Notes under the pieces: model-generated
Database searches by the model: none
Told to the model about the DNA's origin: nothing
Seen by the model: the letters and a program-made list of their open reading frames with translations, nothing else
Source of the DNA: Mobula hypostoma
Lineage: Eukaryota
DNA length: 64,000 nt
Assembly (NCBI RefSeq): GCF_963921235.1
Contig: NC_086110.1
Coordinates: 13,516,001 to 13,580,000 of the forward strand
Direction: 5' to 3'
Made by a program: the position numbers and the translations under genes
Part shown: positions 1 to 12,545 of the stretch, one piece after another
How positions within the stretch are numbered: position 1 is the stretch's first letter
Layout of the letters: every line of letters starts with the position of its first letter

Positions 1-127
1 ATGCATAAAAGAAACTCTCCACATCTTACTTTCTGTTTATCCCTCATGGTGCAAACAACTTTATTTTCTTTTTCTTCCTTCTCCCCTATATCTTCGGTCA
101 GAGTGCTCTCTTTCTCTGTCTCCTGCC

Positions 128-157
128 TACCCCCCCCCCCCCCACACACACACACAC
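128..157 (+). repeat. Poly-C plus (AC)n microsatellite
   Basis: Directly visible. Confidence 0.9.
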
Positions 158-214
158 AATGTCTACTAGCTTTCTCTATTTGTGAATTAACCTTCTCTCT
201 CCTAGTCGCTTCAA

Positions 215-400
215 TTTGACTTCCACCACCAAACATTCTCGTTTAAATTCTCCCCAGTAGATTTCGCAAATCTCCCCGCCAGGATATTGGTCCCCCTCGG
301 ATTCAAGTGCAACCTGTCCTTTTTATACAGGTCACACCTGTCCCAAAAGCTAATTTTACAGCTAATTTTCAGCAGGAAGCCGTGAATGTATATGAAAGAG
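215..400 (-). mobile_element. CR1 LINE ORF1 (esterase-domain C-terminus) fragment
   Basis: FWDRCDLYKKDRLHLNPRGTNILAGRFAK resembles the DGLHL esterase end of CR1 ORF1. Confidence 0.65.
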
Positions 401-966
401 AAGCGCACTGATTTTTTTATCATCAGACATTTACTGATCAATATTCAAACACAGCGGTGTTATCGCGAGAACATGTTGCGATTTTTTTTTCACATCTTCA
501 AATCTATATTTCACTCGGTGGAACGTTGACATAAGTGAGCAAGAGTAACTGCTCTGCTGGCGTTTTTTACCCTGCAAATGAAGTTTCTCTCGCTGGTGGA
601 TGACGAATTTCTGATTTTTTTTTCATACTCTGAGGACTGTGGATGGAATATCTTGTTGGTGGGGTGATACTTTAGGCAATATAGGTTTGTATCATAGAAT
701 GATCTTGGACTGTTCAATGGTGATTCTCACGGGGTAGAAAACATAGAGGCTTATTCCCCATCTCATTCTCTAGTTTCAGACTTTTTTTTTCCTGTGATAA
801 TCGCTTCCAACAAATCAAAGACGAAATTGATCTCTAATCTTCCTAATTTATACATGTGATATCGATTAACAATCTTTGTCTGGATGCAAGAAATGAAAAT
901 AAGCAATTCCTGGGGACTGCACTGATTGATAGTCTATAGCTCTGCACTGCAGTTAGATTCTCAGCT

Positions 967-1098
967 TCACAGTTTCTTTGACGTATTCACATCAGCGTAC
1001 AATGTATGTTGGTTTTGATGTGTGAATCCTGAGGTGTTCTTGGAATCGGGAAGCTGCAGAGCAGCGTAGGTCAATTTGTCAGCTCCATTTCTTTTAGT
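967..1098 (-). CDS. Receptor gene 1, last exon with ITIM (LTYAAL) and ITSM (TLYADV)
   Basis: Acceptor ttttcacag|ACT (phase 0), reads TKRNGADKLTYAALQLPDSKNTSGFTHQNQHTLYADVNTSKKL*. The six exons sum to 930 nt, i.e. 309 aa plus stop. Confidence 0.85.
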   Translation of the reverse strand, partial: TKRNGADKLTYAALQLPDSKNTSGFTHQNQHTLYADVNTSKKL

Positions 1099-1822
1099 CT
1101 GTGAAAATATTTCAAAATCAGTGGTTAATCGAGAATCCCTTGAGTTGAACAAACTGAATCAAAAATTGTAGGGTAAATTAGTGAGCACTCATAATTTATC
1201 AATTTTAGATTTATGCCGTTTTGCACAGAGTTTATGACAACATTGTTTCAAACTTTGCCTTTTTTATTCATACGGTATTTCAACTCCAAGAACCTGTGTT
1301 ATCTCACTGAACAACCAGCTCTCTTTCCTTTCTTAATATGAACTTCAACAAAATCTAGATGGGAGAGTAGGTAACTCCTTGAAGCAGGAGGTATGGTACA
1401 AAATATTTCGCTAAGTCAAAATACAAGCACATCATTGTGTTATATGTATCTGATTGCTGCAAACTGTTTAGTCTATACACCTCACGGTGTTTCCTCAGTC
1501 ACACCTGCCAACAAAACTCGAAATACACACAGACACTGTCATCAGTGGATACCCAACGTTGGATACCCAACGATAGAATGAACGTTGGCACTTTGTTCAT
1601 TCATGCCCTATGGTTACTGCTTTGTCACAGTTCGGTATTTCCAAGAAAAACACCAATGTTCGGTTGGATCAGTGTTCCTCTGTTATTATCAGTTATTTGT
1701 GTTCATTATGGAGCTGATAATGGGCGTTGGAAAGGATGTCTGTTCCCAGATTCATGCCTTTTAGTCTTTCCTCGTTTGCAAATTACATATGAAATTAAAT
1801 TCATGAAAGCAAGGGAAGAAAG

Positions 1823-2268
1823 ATAATCTCGAGGGATTCTGCAGGAATGCAAAGAAAGATACTGATGTAATTCATTAGGTAAGGCAGCATGTACGAAGGT
1901 AAATAACCAGTCAATGTTTCTGGCCGAAACTCTTTATCAGGACGGCAAAAGAAGGAGTCAAAAGCTAGAATAAGAAGCTGGAGAAGGAATATAAGATAAC
2001 AGGTAATAGGAGAAACCATGTGAGTAAAAAGGTGTGGGGATGATGTGGGGTGGACTGACGTAAAGCTGGGAGGTGATGAGTGGAAAAACAAAAGGGTGCA
2101 AGAAGAAATCTGATAGGAGGAGACCGTGGACCCTGGAAGAAATGGAAGACGGAGGGCGACCAGTGGAGGTGATGGGGAGCCACAAATCGGAATAGAGAAC
2201 AAAGAGTAGGGGAATGATGAAATAAGTATCAAAAGTTAGAGAGATCAATGTTCATGACTTCTGGTGGG
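1823..2268 (-). mobile_element. Penelope-like element 3' end with a mutated hammerhead motif
   Basis: PEVMNIDLSNF* ORF end, pyrimidine-rich 3' region, and a degenerate core CTGATAA...GAAACATT at about 1908-1944. Confidence 0.65.
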
Positions 2269-2394
2269 AGTTCACAAGGGTGGAGAAAAAATGTGATGAT
2301 ATTTCGAGGGTGTTCATTCTTAAATGGTACAGTGACAAAGGTCTGCTCAGGTCTGTAAATTTAACCTCCTTTTGGATAATGTATATATATATAT

Positions 2395-3300
2395 ATACTG
2401 GAATCGGTTGTTAGGAATGAGATTAGGGAGTACCTGGAGGCATATCACAAGCTAGGCCAAAGCCAGCATGGTTTCCCGAAAGGAAAATCCTGCCTGTTTG
2501 ACCTACTGAAAATTGTTGAGGAAATTACAAGCAGGAAAGACAAAGGAGATGCGGTAGATATGGTGTACCTGGATTTTCAGAAGGGCTTTGGCAAGATGCC
2601 CCGCATGAAGCTGCTTAGTATGATAAGAGCCCATTAAATTACAGCGAAGTTACAGGCATCGGTGAGGCACTGGCTGATCGGCAGAAGACAGAGAGTGGAA
2701 CAAAGTGCTCCTATTCTGGCTGGCTGCCGGTTACCAGCGGAGTTCCATAGGGGCTGGTGTTGCGACCGCAGATTTTATTATGTATTTTTATGAGTTGGAC
2801 TACGGTATTAATAGATTTGTGGCTAAATTTGTTGATAATACAAACATAGGTGGAGGAGCGGGAAGTGTTGAGGAAACAGAGAGCCTGCAGACAGACTCAG
2901 GCAGTTTGGGGGAATGGACAAAGAAGTAGCAAACATAATACAATGTTAGAATGTGTATGGTGATGCACTTTGGTGAAGAAATAAACGTGTAGCCTATTAT
3001 TTAGATGGGGAGAGAATGCGAAATGCAGAAATCGAAAGGGACCTGGGCGTCCCTGTACAGGATACCCGAGAGGTTACCCTCCAGGTTGAGTCGGTGGTGA
3101 GGAACGCGAACGGAATGTCAGCATTCATTTCGAGAAATATAGAATATAAGAGCAAGGATGTGATGTTCCTACTCTATAAGGCACTCGTGAGACCGGACTT
3201 ATAGTATTGTTTGCAATTTTAGGCTCCTTATTTTGGAAACGATATACTGACATTGAAGAGAGTTCAGAGAAGATTCAGGAGAATGATTCCAGGAATAAAA
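2395..3300 (+). mobile_element. Degenerate CR1 LINE RT fragment
   Basis: VYLDFQK-like and FVDNTNIGG-like (FADDTK) motifs, plus YKALVRP, broken by stops and frameshifts. Confidence 0.85.
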
Positions 3301-3520
3301 GGGTTGGCGTAACACCATTACGCAATTACGCAGCAGTAATCCAGGTTAAATTACCGTACCCGACTAAATGGTGTGTTTCTACGTTTTCCCATGACCGTAT
3401 GATTTTCTTTGGGAGCTCGGGTTTTCTCCCACATTGCAAAGTCGTACGGATATGTTGGCTAATTGGTCAATGCGTATAATTGGGCGGCACCAACCAGTTG
3501 GGTTGGACGGCTCTGTTACA
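3300..3520 (+). mobile_element. tRNA-derived HE1/V-SINE-like SINE
   Basis: Core text acgttttcccatgacc...ctcgggttttctcccacattgcaaagtcgtacgg, also seen in the copy at 42985-43255. Confidence 0.6.
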
Positions 3521-3522
3521 GT

Positions 3523-3645
3523 ATAACAATTAGAGCACGGAAACAGGCCATCTCGGCCCTTCTAGTCCTTGCCGAACTCTTACTTTCACCTAGTCCCACC
3601 GACCTGCACTCAGCCCATAACCCTCCATTCCTTTCCTGTCCCTAA
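3523..3645 (-). mobile_element. CR1 subfamily 2 3' UTR fragment
   Basis: Reverse complement of the tails at about 17250-17375 and 19100-19230. Confidence 0.8.
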
Positions 3646-4005
3646 TATAACCATATAACCATAGATAAGCGTTATATCTCTGAGGCAATTGATTGCAATC
3701 TCTCTGCTCTACCTGAGAATAGATAATGCGCTCTTCTTTTTGAAGACCTTTGCGAAATACTTTGCTCTGCCTCATATTTAGTGGAGCATATTCAGTCGTG
3801 TGCTCAACCGCAGCTTGTTCAGCCTGTGAGGAAAAAAACATATTTAATGCTGATAACTGATACAAAGGTCAGTGATCATGAACTAAGTTTGATTCGGAAT
3901 ACCTAATAATAGAAAAGGATTAAAAAATGGTTGGAATAACATTTTGTCCACGTATAGTGATATTTTCCGTATGTTATAGCGGAAGTGGGATACCAAAACC
4001 ATAAC

Positions 4006-4133
4006 ATGAGGAATTCTGCAGATGCTTGGAAATTCAAGTCCTGACGAAGGGTCTTGGCCCGAAACGTTGACTGTACCTCTTCCTAGAGATGCTGCCTGGC
4101 CTGTTGCGTTCACCAGCAACTTTGTTGCGTGTT
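4006..4133 (+). mobile_element. Short Penelope-derived element with an inverted terminal segment
   Basis: The first ~30 bp (gaggaattctgcagatgcttggaaattcaag) are the reverse complement of the family tail seen at about 11158-11186; matches 51293-51418 on the minus strand. Confidence 0.75.
4037..4072 (+). ncRNA. Minimal type I hammerhead ribozyme motif
   Basis: AGTC-CTGACGA-AGGGTCTTGGCCC-GAAAC-GTT-GACT: stem I AGUC/GACU, intact core, stem II hairpin, palindromic ACGU stem III, GUU cleavage triplet. Confidence 0.7.
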
Positions 4134-5811
4134 ACCAAAACCATTTCACGCTGGAAGTCGCTACGTATACTTTAGATTTCCAAACAACCACTTATAACCA
4201 TCCTATCAATCGGATGGGTTTCTCAGGCCCGGCCATTTTTTTTTACATCTCTTCTGTCATATCCCTTACGCCCCTCTAAGTTTTGTACATGGGCTTTATC
4301 TAATGTGTTTCACTTACGCGCCCCGCCAAACTATTATAATTATTGACATAACCAGATTTGGTACCCAAGGTGCAATTAGGATCTGTGACCCTTCAAACTT
4401 GCATTATCTCGGTTGACAACATTGGAACAAATGGCAAGACCTGATGTGCTGTTCCTGCCTGGCTTAACCGAGGTAGCAAATACGGGAGGGGCATCTTGCC
4501 AACTGTTGAGCTTATTAGTTTTGCTGGTGAATCAATAAAATTCGAATTGAAATAAGTAGAACAGTTGGACGTGCCAGTTACAGTAAATCGCTATAACAGC
4601 ATTTGTTTTAGCTGAAATAATGGCATAGCATTCTTGAGCAATAAAGCATCAGTAAAAAAAAACTTGAACGTTTCAGCTTCAACTTAGATATTACTCTCAG
4701 AAGCGCTTCTTAATTCAGGAAGTGCTACGAACGCTGATAGATATATGACAATCTTTTTTTGCTGATAAGAAAGCCTGCTGCACCTGTTATCGTTAGGTAA
4801 AGTAAAAACATGCGCTAAAATTGGAAAGGTGATTAATGGAACACAAAAAGACGTTTCCAGTTCTAGTTAAATGGGTATACAACCGATAAAGATTTAATAT
4901 ATGCTAACGGAAGAATCCAGCTGGGACAAATTTAATAACATTGAATTGCTGGATCTGAAGTAAAACAAACAAATAAAACACACAGTAGATCAGGAAACAT
5001 GGGAGCAAAGAGAAAAAAATAACGTTTATGTTGTTTTCTGGGGAGGGGTGTTCAATCTGAAAGGACAGCGTTTTCTCTTTCCCAGGTTGTCCTTAGAGTT
5101 TTTAATTTTCGATTAAACCCAAAATGAGAGATGACAATACATTTATAGGTTTCAGGCATTGTTTTCAAAATTGAGGAAGATAATTATTCAGCATAGCCTC
5201 GTGGAGTCGGAGGTACCTTGTGGAGTTTCGTTAACCTGTGGGTATCACTGCACGGTTAATTGGAAGCATATTCGATTCCATTGCAGGTTAATCAGTGCTG
5301 TGTAGATCTTTGTTGAGAATCGGGGTTAAAAAGTTCATATGATTTTCCAAAACAACATTTCGTTGCGCTTCGTTGCATTTTTAATTTTGCCTACTGTGCG
5401 TTCAAATCAAATGTAACACATATTGCGAAATGATTCATGCCTGTACTGTATTTCCCCATTGATTACTACACCGCGATTCTCGTAAACCGACATTTGATAT
5501 ATACAATATCTCAGTCTTAGATTTGTATTTAATTATACGTCAGACGACGCATGATTAACAGCCTACATTAGTATATACTACCGTTCATCTTAGTGCAACC
5601 GGTGGTGAACTGGTGTGGAATCCTGAAAGACGAAAGGAAGCAGATGCAACAGGAAAATTCAAATACGGCTTGGATATATACTTCAGAGTAAAAAGTTCTC
5701 AGAGAGATTCATTCTTTCTTCCCACGTTTCAAATGTTAGAACAAAATAAATTTGTAATATCTCTGCTATACGTATACGTCACTCTGAAAGTAGACGAGCC
5801 ACTTCACCTAC

Positions 5812-5855
5812 CGGCTCTTCATTCTGACACCTGTCCAAAGAACTTGTGCTAATCC
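5812..5855 (-). CDS. Receptor gene 1, exon 5: short cytoplasmic exon (GISTSSLDRCQNEEP)
   Basis: Acceptor ttcttttatttttcctaag|GG, donor CCG|GTAGGT. At 44 nt it gives exactly the phase 1-to-0 change needed to join the TM exon to the last exon. Confidence 0.65.
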
Positions 5856-6292
5856 CTTAGGAAAAATAAAAGAAATTATTTGCATTGTAAAAATTGGACA
5901 TTATTCGTTTGCTACCAATCGGATTCATCGCATAAGAGGAACTGCTAAAAGTACGGATTTTTCAGAAAGCATGTTGTGGTATTGTTGTCTTAATACTGTG
6001 CATCAACATTATGGCACTATGTTCAAGAGTCTACGATATTTAACGAAGCTGAAAAGTGATAGTAGCATATGAGTGGCTATATTACATTTAAATACTGCCG
6101 CTAAAGTGGAAATTAAAATAAATGAGACATTGATGAGTTCGTTAGTTTTCTTCCCACAGTCACAGTAAGCAATAGACCTACGCCAAGTTGCTTACGCTTC
6201 AAAATATAGATTTGCCATTGCATTGAAAACTACATTTGCAGTATTCCAAAGGGATATAACGGCATTTATGAGCAAGGTACAGCATGTAAATA

Positions 6293-7498
6293 CATAGAAA
6301 CATAGAAACATAGAAAATAGGTGCAGGAGTAGGCCATTCGGCCCTTCGAGCCTGCACCGCTATTTATTATGATCATGGCTGATCATCCAACTCAGAACCC
6401 CGCCCCAGCCTTCCCTACATACTCCCTGATCCCCGTAGCCACAAGGGCCATATCTAACTCCCTCTTAAATATAGCCAATGAACTGGCCTCAACTGTTTCC
6501 TGTGGCAGAGAATTCCACAGATTCACCACTCTCTGTGTGAAGTTTTTCCTAATCTCAGTCCTAAAAGGTTTCCCCTTTATCCTCAAACTGTGACCCCTTG
6601 TTCTGGACTTCCCCAACATCGGAAACAATCTTCCTGCATCTAGCCTGTCCAATCCCTTTAGGATTGTATACGTTTCAGTCAGATCCCCCCTCAATCTTCT
6701 AAATTCCAACGAGTACAAGCCCAGTTCATACAGTCTTTCTTCATATGAAAGTCCTGCCATCCCAGGAATTAATCTGGTGAACCTTCTTTGTACTCCCTCT
6801 ATGGCAAGGATGTCTTTCCTCAGATTAGGGGACCAAAACTGCACACAATACTCCAGGTGTGGTCTCACCAAGGCCTTGTACAACTGCAGTAGTACCTCCC
6901 TGCTCCTGTACTCGAATCCTCCCGGTATAAATGCCAGCATACCATTCGCCTTTTTCACCGCCTGTTGTACTTGCATGCCCACTTTCAATGACTGGTGTAT
7001 AATGACACCCAGGTCTCGTTGCACCTCCCCTTTTCCTAATCGGCCACCATTCAGATAATAATCTGTTTTCCTATTTTTGCCACCAAAGTGGATAACTTCA
7101 CATTTATCCACATTAAATTGCATCTGCCATGAATTTGCCCACTCACCCAACCTATCCAAGTCACTCCGCACCCTCTTAGCATCCCCCTCACAGCTAACAC
7201 TGCCACCCAGCTTCGTGTCATCTGCAAACTTGGAGATGCTGCATTTAATTCCCTCATCCAAGTCATTAATATATATTGTAAACAACTGGGGTCCCAGCAC
7301 TGAGCCTTGCGGTACCCCACTAGTCACCGCCTGCCATTCGGAAATGGTCCCGTTTATTCCCACTCTTTGCTTCCTGTCTACTAACCAATTCTCCATCCAC
7401 ATCAATACCTTACCCCCAATGCCGTGTGCTTTAAGTTTGCACACTAATCTCCTGTGTGGGACCTTGTCAAAAGCCTTTTGAAAATCCAAATATACCAA
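6293..7498 (-). mobile_element. 5'-truncated CR1 LINE with an uninterrupted 368-aa RT ORF
   Basis: LDFQKAFDKVPH, GVPQGSVLGP and FADDTKL; (TTTCTATG)3 tail; AAATA(C) on both flanks may be a TSD. Confidence 0.95.
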
Positions 7499-7703
7499 AT
7501 ACAGCGCGTGGACTGGTAAAATTATTGGATTTTAAGGTCCAGCTTGTGCTGTGCCTGTTGATCATCAATGTAATCAGGTTTTAACATTACAATCTATGAC
7601 TAATCATGCTTTGATGACATCTATTCTTTTTGAAGTTCAATTTATTTAGCACATCTATTATGCACGAATCGAGGTGATATTTCTCAGCGATGAGGGCTCT
7701 TAC

Positions 7704-7802
7704 CGTGCGATCTCTTTAACTTGATTTTCACCAAAAGTATTATCAGAGCTAAAATTGCCGATCCGCCCACTGCACATGCCAGAATAAATTTAGTATCAAC
7801 GC
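7704..7802 (-). CDS. Receptor gene 1, exon 4: transmembrane exon (GVDTKFILACAVGGSAILALIILLVKIKLKRSH)
   Basis: Long pyrimidine tract then acaag|GC, donor G|GTAAGA, 99 nt, phase 1-1. About 20 uncharged hydrophobic residues followed by a basic stop-transfer stretch. Confidence 0.88.
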
Positions 7803-8407
7803 CTTGTGGATCAACGGGGGAAAAGAAGAAACAGTGAAGTATTTATACATCTAAAAAAAATGCACACATGAGAATCAACAATGCAAAATATTTTATAGGC
7901 TCCTTTCAAATTTCATTGCACAATATCGGAAAATATACCATAATACAGGAAATGTAAATTCCCACAGTTGTTATATCACGATGAGATATAAAGTTTAAGT
8001 TTTGCTTTGTCATATTTTGGGCAAATGTTCAGAAGTGTGCAACCTTACAAATACTGCACGAATTCAATTTCTTAATTCGTCCTACACAATTTAAACTAAC
8101 GGAATAACACATTAGTGTTTGAACAGGTTTCACGTTGAATATTCTCTATCAATTACGAAGCTTCATAATTAGTCATTCTTTCGTGTTTGTGTTGCTGTTC
8201 AGCTACTGCACTTACAAGGTCACATTGACCCCAGCACTATGAATTGTAAGCGCTTCCATCTTACATTGAGCGCAAAAGATTCTGAACATGCTGAAATCCA
8301 GAGAAACACTAAAAATCCTGGAAGAGCACAGCCGATAAGGCAGATCTAAAGTTTCAACGTTTAAGGCCGAGGTCAAAATTCATAACTTCATCAAGACACC
8401 ATCTTAC

Positions 8408-8701
8408 CTTGCTCTTGGATGTAGCTGAAACTGGCAGGCACCGTGAGGGAGACATGCGACACCAGACAGGTGTAAATATCTTTTCCCCAAGGAGACTGCG
8501 TGATTTCCAATAAACTAAATACTTCGTACAAGCCGTCCACGCTCCGGTTTGTCACATTTTCTATTCCAGTGCGAATTTGCTTGTTATTTCTTTGCCAAAC
8601 GAGTTCTAATTTCTCCGGGTAGAAGGCAGCCGTTTTACAAAGGAGCTTTCGAGGAGACGAAAACCCTCCAACAGGAACAATTTCCAATGGAGTAGGAGGA
8701 A
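8408..8701 (-). CDS. Receptor gene 1, exon 3: C1-set Ig domain
   Basis: Acceptor gtttttactcaag|TT, donor G|GTAAGA, 294 nt, phase 1-1. C1 motifs LLC, FYP, LVW, DGLYEVFSLLEI and YTCLVSHVSL. Confidence 0.92.
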
Positions 8702-8942
8702 CTTGAGTAAAAACAAACTTATTTTGAGTATTTTCGATCCATTTCAGTGCAGGTAGATTGCTTTATCTCCCAGACAACTGGCATGACACTCAACTATAAA
8801 ATTAGTTACCCGCCACTATTAACCAGTATTTAATAATTTTTTTTCAATTTCACGTTCTGTTTATTGTTGCTCAACCGTACACACACATCACTAAGCGAAA
8901 CATTGTTTTTTCTGGGGCCAAGTTGCGAAAGACAGTACAGTA

Positions 8943-10326
8943 CAGTGGCATGCAAAAGATTGGGCACCCCTGGTCAAAAATTCTGCCAAGCGAAAAAAAA
9001 AGATGTCCTTTTTTATCTCCAGCTAAGAGTCCTTCAATTCTTGTTTGGGGGATTTTCGCCCATTCTTCCTTGCAGAAGGCTTCTAGTTCTGTGAGATTCT
9101 TGGACCTCTCGCATGCACTGCTCTTTTGAGGTCGATCCACAGATTTTCGATGCTGTTTAGGTCGGGCGACTGTGAGCGCCATGGCAAAACAGTCAGCTTG
9201 CACCTCTCGAGGTAGTCCATTGTGAACGTTGAGGTGTGTTTAGGATTATTGTCCTGCTGTAGAAGCCATCCTCTTTTCATCTTTATCTTTTTTTTTACAG
9301 ACGGTATGATGTTTGCTTCGACAGTTTGCTAGTATTTAATTGAATTCATTCTTCCCTCTACTAGTGCCATGAGCTGCAGCACAAGCCCAAAGCGCACGAT
9401 CGATCCATCCCCGTGCTTCACAGTTGGAGAGGTGTTCTTTTCATGAAATTCTGCACCTTTTTTTCTCCAAACATACCTTTACTCATTGCGGCCAAAAAGT
9501 TATATTTTAACTTCATCAGTCCACAGGACTTGTTTCAAAAGTGCATCAGGCTTGTTTAGATGTTCCTTTGCAAACCTCTGACAGAAGTTTGTGGTGGGGA
9601 CGCAGGATAGGTTTCCTTCTGATGTCTCCTCAATGAAGGTCATATTTGTGCGGGTGTCGCTGCACGGTAGAACAGTGCACCACCGCTCCAGAGTCTGCTA
9701 AATCTTCCTGAAGGTCTTTTGCAGTTAAACGGGGATTTTGATTTGCTTTTCTAGCAATCCTACAAGCTGTTCTCTCGGAAAGCTTTCTTGGTCTTCTAGA
9801 CCTCAACTTGACCACCACCGTTCCTGTTAACTGCCATTTCTTAATTACATTGCCAACTGTGGAAACAGCTACCTGAAAACGCTTTGCTATCTTCTTATAG
9901 CCCTCTGTTGCTTTGTGGGCATCAGGCAGCTGCTTCGAGGAGCCCATGGCTACTGATTATTGGGACAAGGTTTGAGGAGTCAGAGTATTTATAAAGCTTT
10001 GAAATTTGCATAACTTGGCCTTTCCTAACGATGATTGAGAACAAGCCATCGCCCTAAAAAGCTAATTAAGGTCTGAGAACTTGGTAAAGTCAACTGAGAG
10101 CTTAAATTTCTTGTGGTGCCCAAACCTTTGTATGGTCCTCCTTTCCTTTATTTTAACTCTAAAATTGTACAAATTAAAAATAACACACCAATCTTGCCTA
10201 AAATGTTGAAAAGAATGTTTCTTCTTTAACTTTATGACTTTTGGAGATCAGTTCATCTTCTGCGCACTTAACTATTCACAGTAACAGAAATTTTGACCGG
10301 GGTGCCCCAATATTTGCATGCCACTG
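8943..10326 (-). mobile_element. Tc1/mariner DNA transposon, decayed
   Basis: ~42-bp TIRs (CAGTGGCATGCAAA...GGGCACCCC...GGTCAAAA) flanked by TA. HTH region, WTDE, QQDNNPKH and SPDLNSIENLW motifs. Confidence 0.93.
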
Positions 10327-11094
10327 TATATATAGTCACACAGAACACATGGAGTTACCATCCAGCAGAGACAGTCACAAAATAAGCAAAGTGAAATACA
10401 GTCAGTTTGGGAGACGGATGAAAGTAAGAGTTCAGAGAATACACCTCGACGGCGAAGCTTAGATGTCCGAAGTCAGGAGGACGTTCTCTGTTGAATGGTA
10501 TTTGAGCTTTAATGCACAGTTGGGTTTGCGCCGGGCGTTAGCTTTGAAAACCTAGATACGTATGGATTTTTTTTTTTTCATTTCGTATCAAGACTGAGCT
10601 ACAAAACCCAAAATATCACATATTTCTATAGTACGAATACACATGGAGATAAATATTCTGGCAGCTCAACTGCTCAGGGAGTGTTGCAGATCTTGCAGTT
10701 GAGCTCCATAGTCATAAACATCCAGTAATAGAGCTTTCCTCAGAATGTGAACCATTCCTGCAACAGTTCCCCGTGTTGAACGTGGCAAATCATTGCCTCG
10801 TGAAACAACCAGGAAGGCAAATGCAAATTGATATTAAGCGCATTGATTCTATAGATTTATTCTTTCTAAAGCGTGAAGACCTGCAGAAAAATGGTTGACA
10901 GTGAATTGGCACTGTTACAGGATTACTTGTGGAAATATTACCTTGCATAGGGTCAAAAAGGAACTGAATAACTTCAATTTAACCATACTCAGAGTTTACT
11001 AAAACTTGAGCCCAATTTTAAGGTTCTGTAAAACATGGACTTCTTCCGCTACAGCTTTAGTCGGTGTCTAACAGGGGAGATTTAGTAGTTCCTC

Positions 11095-11190
11095 CTATAC
11101 TTCTTCCTATAGATGCTGCCTGGCCTCTTGTGTTCCACCGGGATTTTGTTTGTTCTGCTTGAATTTCCAGCATCTGCAGATTTTCTCGTG
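11095..11190 (+). mobile_element. Penelope-derived short repeat (tail only)
   Basis: cttcctatagatgctgcctggcc...gaatttccagcatctgcag, same family as 4006 and 51293. Confidence 0.7.
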
Positions 11191-11224
11191 CTTGACATTT
11201 TACTAGTTCGATTCCTTTCCCTGT

Positions 11225-12545
11225 TTATCACAGCAGTTAGGATTTCGCTCTGCCTGCAGTAGCCATCCGGAGCTCACCGTTGCTCGACTCCCCGTAGCTC
11301 TTCATGCCCTAACCAATCAAGAACCTATCAACTTCTGCTTTAAATATCCATAAAGACTTCGTTTCCATAGCTGCCTGCGGCAAAAAATTCCACAGGTTTA
11401 CCACTCTCTTTTTAAGGCCTTCCTCCTCATCTCCTCTATTCTGAAGCTGCAACCTCTGGTCTTAGACTTTCCTACCATAGGAACATCCTCTCCACATTCA
11501 CATTATCAAGTACTTTCACCTTTAAATAGGGTTCAATACAGTCGGCCCTTATTTTCTGAATTCCAGTGAAAACAGGCCAGAGCCATAAAAGACTCTTCAT
11601 TGGATTAGCTAATGAATTCTGGAATCATTGTGAAGAACCTCCTTTGAGCCCTCTCCAGTTTCGGCACATGCTTTCCAAGATAAGGGGCTTAAAACTGCTC
11701 ACAATACGCCGTGACGCCTCACCAGTGCTTTATAAAGTCTTGATATTACATCATTGCTCTTATATTCCAGTCCTCTTGAAATTAATGCTATCATTGCATT
11801 TGCCTTCCTGCCCACAGACTCAATCTGCAAATTAACCTGTATGGAATACTGCACACGGACTCCCAAGTCCCTTTGCACCTCAATGTTTTAGATTTTCGTT
11901 CCAGTTAGAAAATAGTCAAACCTTTCATACCGTCCACCAAAGTTCATGACCACATACTTCTCGACACTGTATTCCATCCGCCATTTCATTGCCTATTCTC
12001 CTAGTCTGCTTAAGTCCTTCTGTTGCCTCTCTATTTCCTAAAACCCACCTGCCTGTCCACCTATCTTCATATTGACTGCAGACTTTGCAACAAAGCCATC
12101 AATTCCATCATCCATATCATTGACACACAACCTTAAATGAATCAGTCACAACACAGACCCCTGTGGAACACCGTTCGTCACGGGCAGCCAACCAGAAAAT
12201 GCTTCCCTTATTCCCATTCTTTGTCCCTTACCAACCAGCCACTACTTTCTCCACCCTTGAATCTTTCCTGTGATACTTTGACCTTGTAGCTTGTTAAACA
12301 GCCTTTTGTGTGGTACGTTGTGAGAGGTCTTCTGAAAATCCAAGTAAGCAACAATCGATTCTCCCTACCTTATCTAACCTGCTTTTCATTCCTTCAAATA
12401 ATTCAATCAGATTTTTCTGGCGAGAGTTTCCCTTGAGGAAATCATGCTGATATGGCGTGCTGTATTATACGTCTCAAAGTAACCTAAGACCTTATCCTTA
12501 ATAATGTACTCCAACATCTTGTCAACTGTACTCCAACATTTTGTC
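11225..12545 (-). mobile_element. Degenerate CR1 LINE
   Basis: Reverse-strand remnants of the DFQK and GVPQGS regions and a CR1-type 3' region. Confidence 0.8.

Noticed and set aside
1546-1573. 14-bp tandem duplication (TGGATACCCAACG) forming a CCAACGTTGG palindrome
   Set aside because: A simple local duplication with no further structure.
6777-7481. Plus-strand ORFs overlapping CR1 copies (likewise 15593-16240 and 40679-41194 on the minus strand)
   Set aside because: Antisense shadows of the CR1 RT frame.
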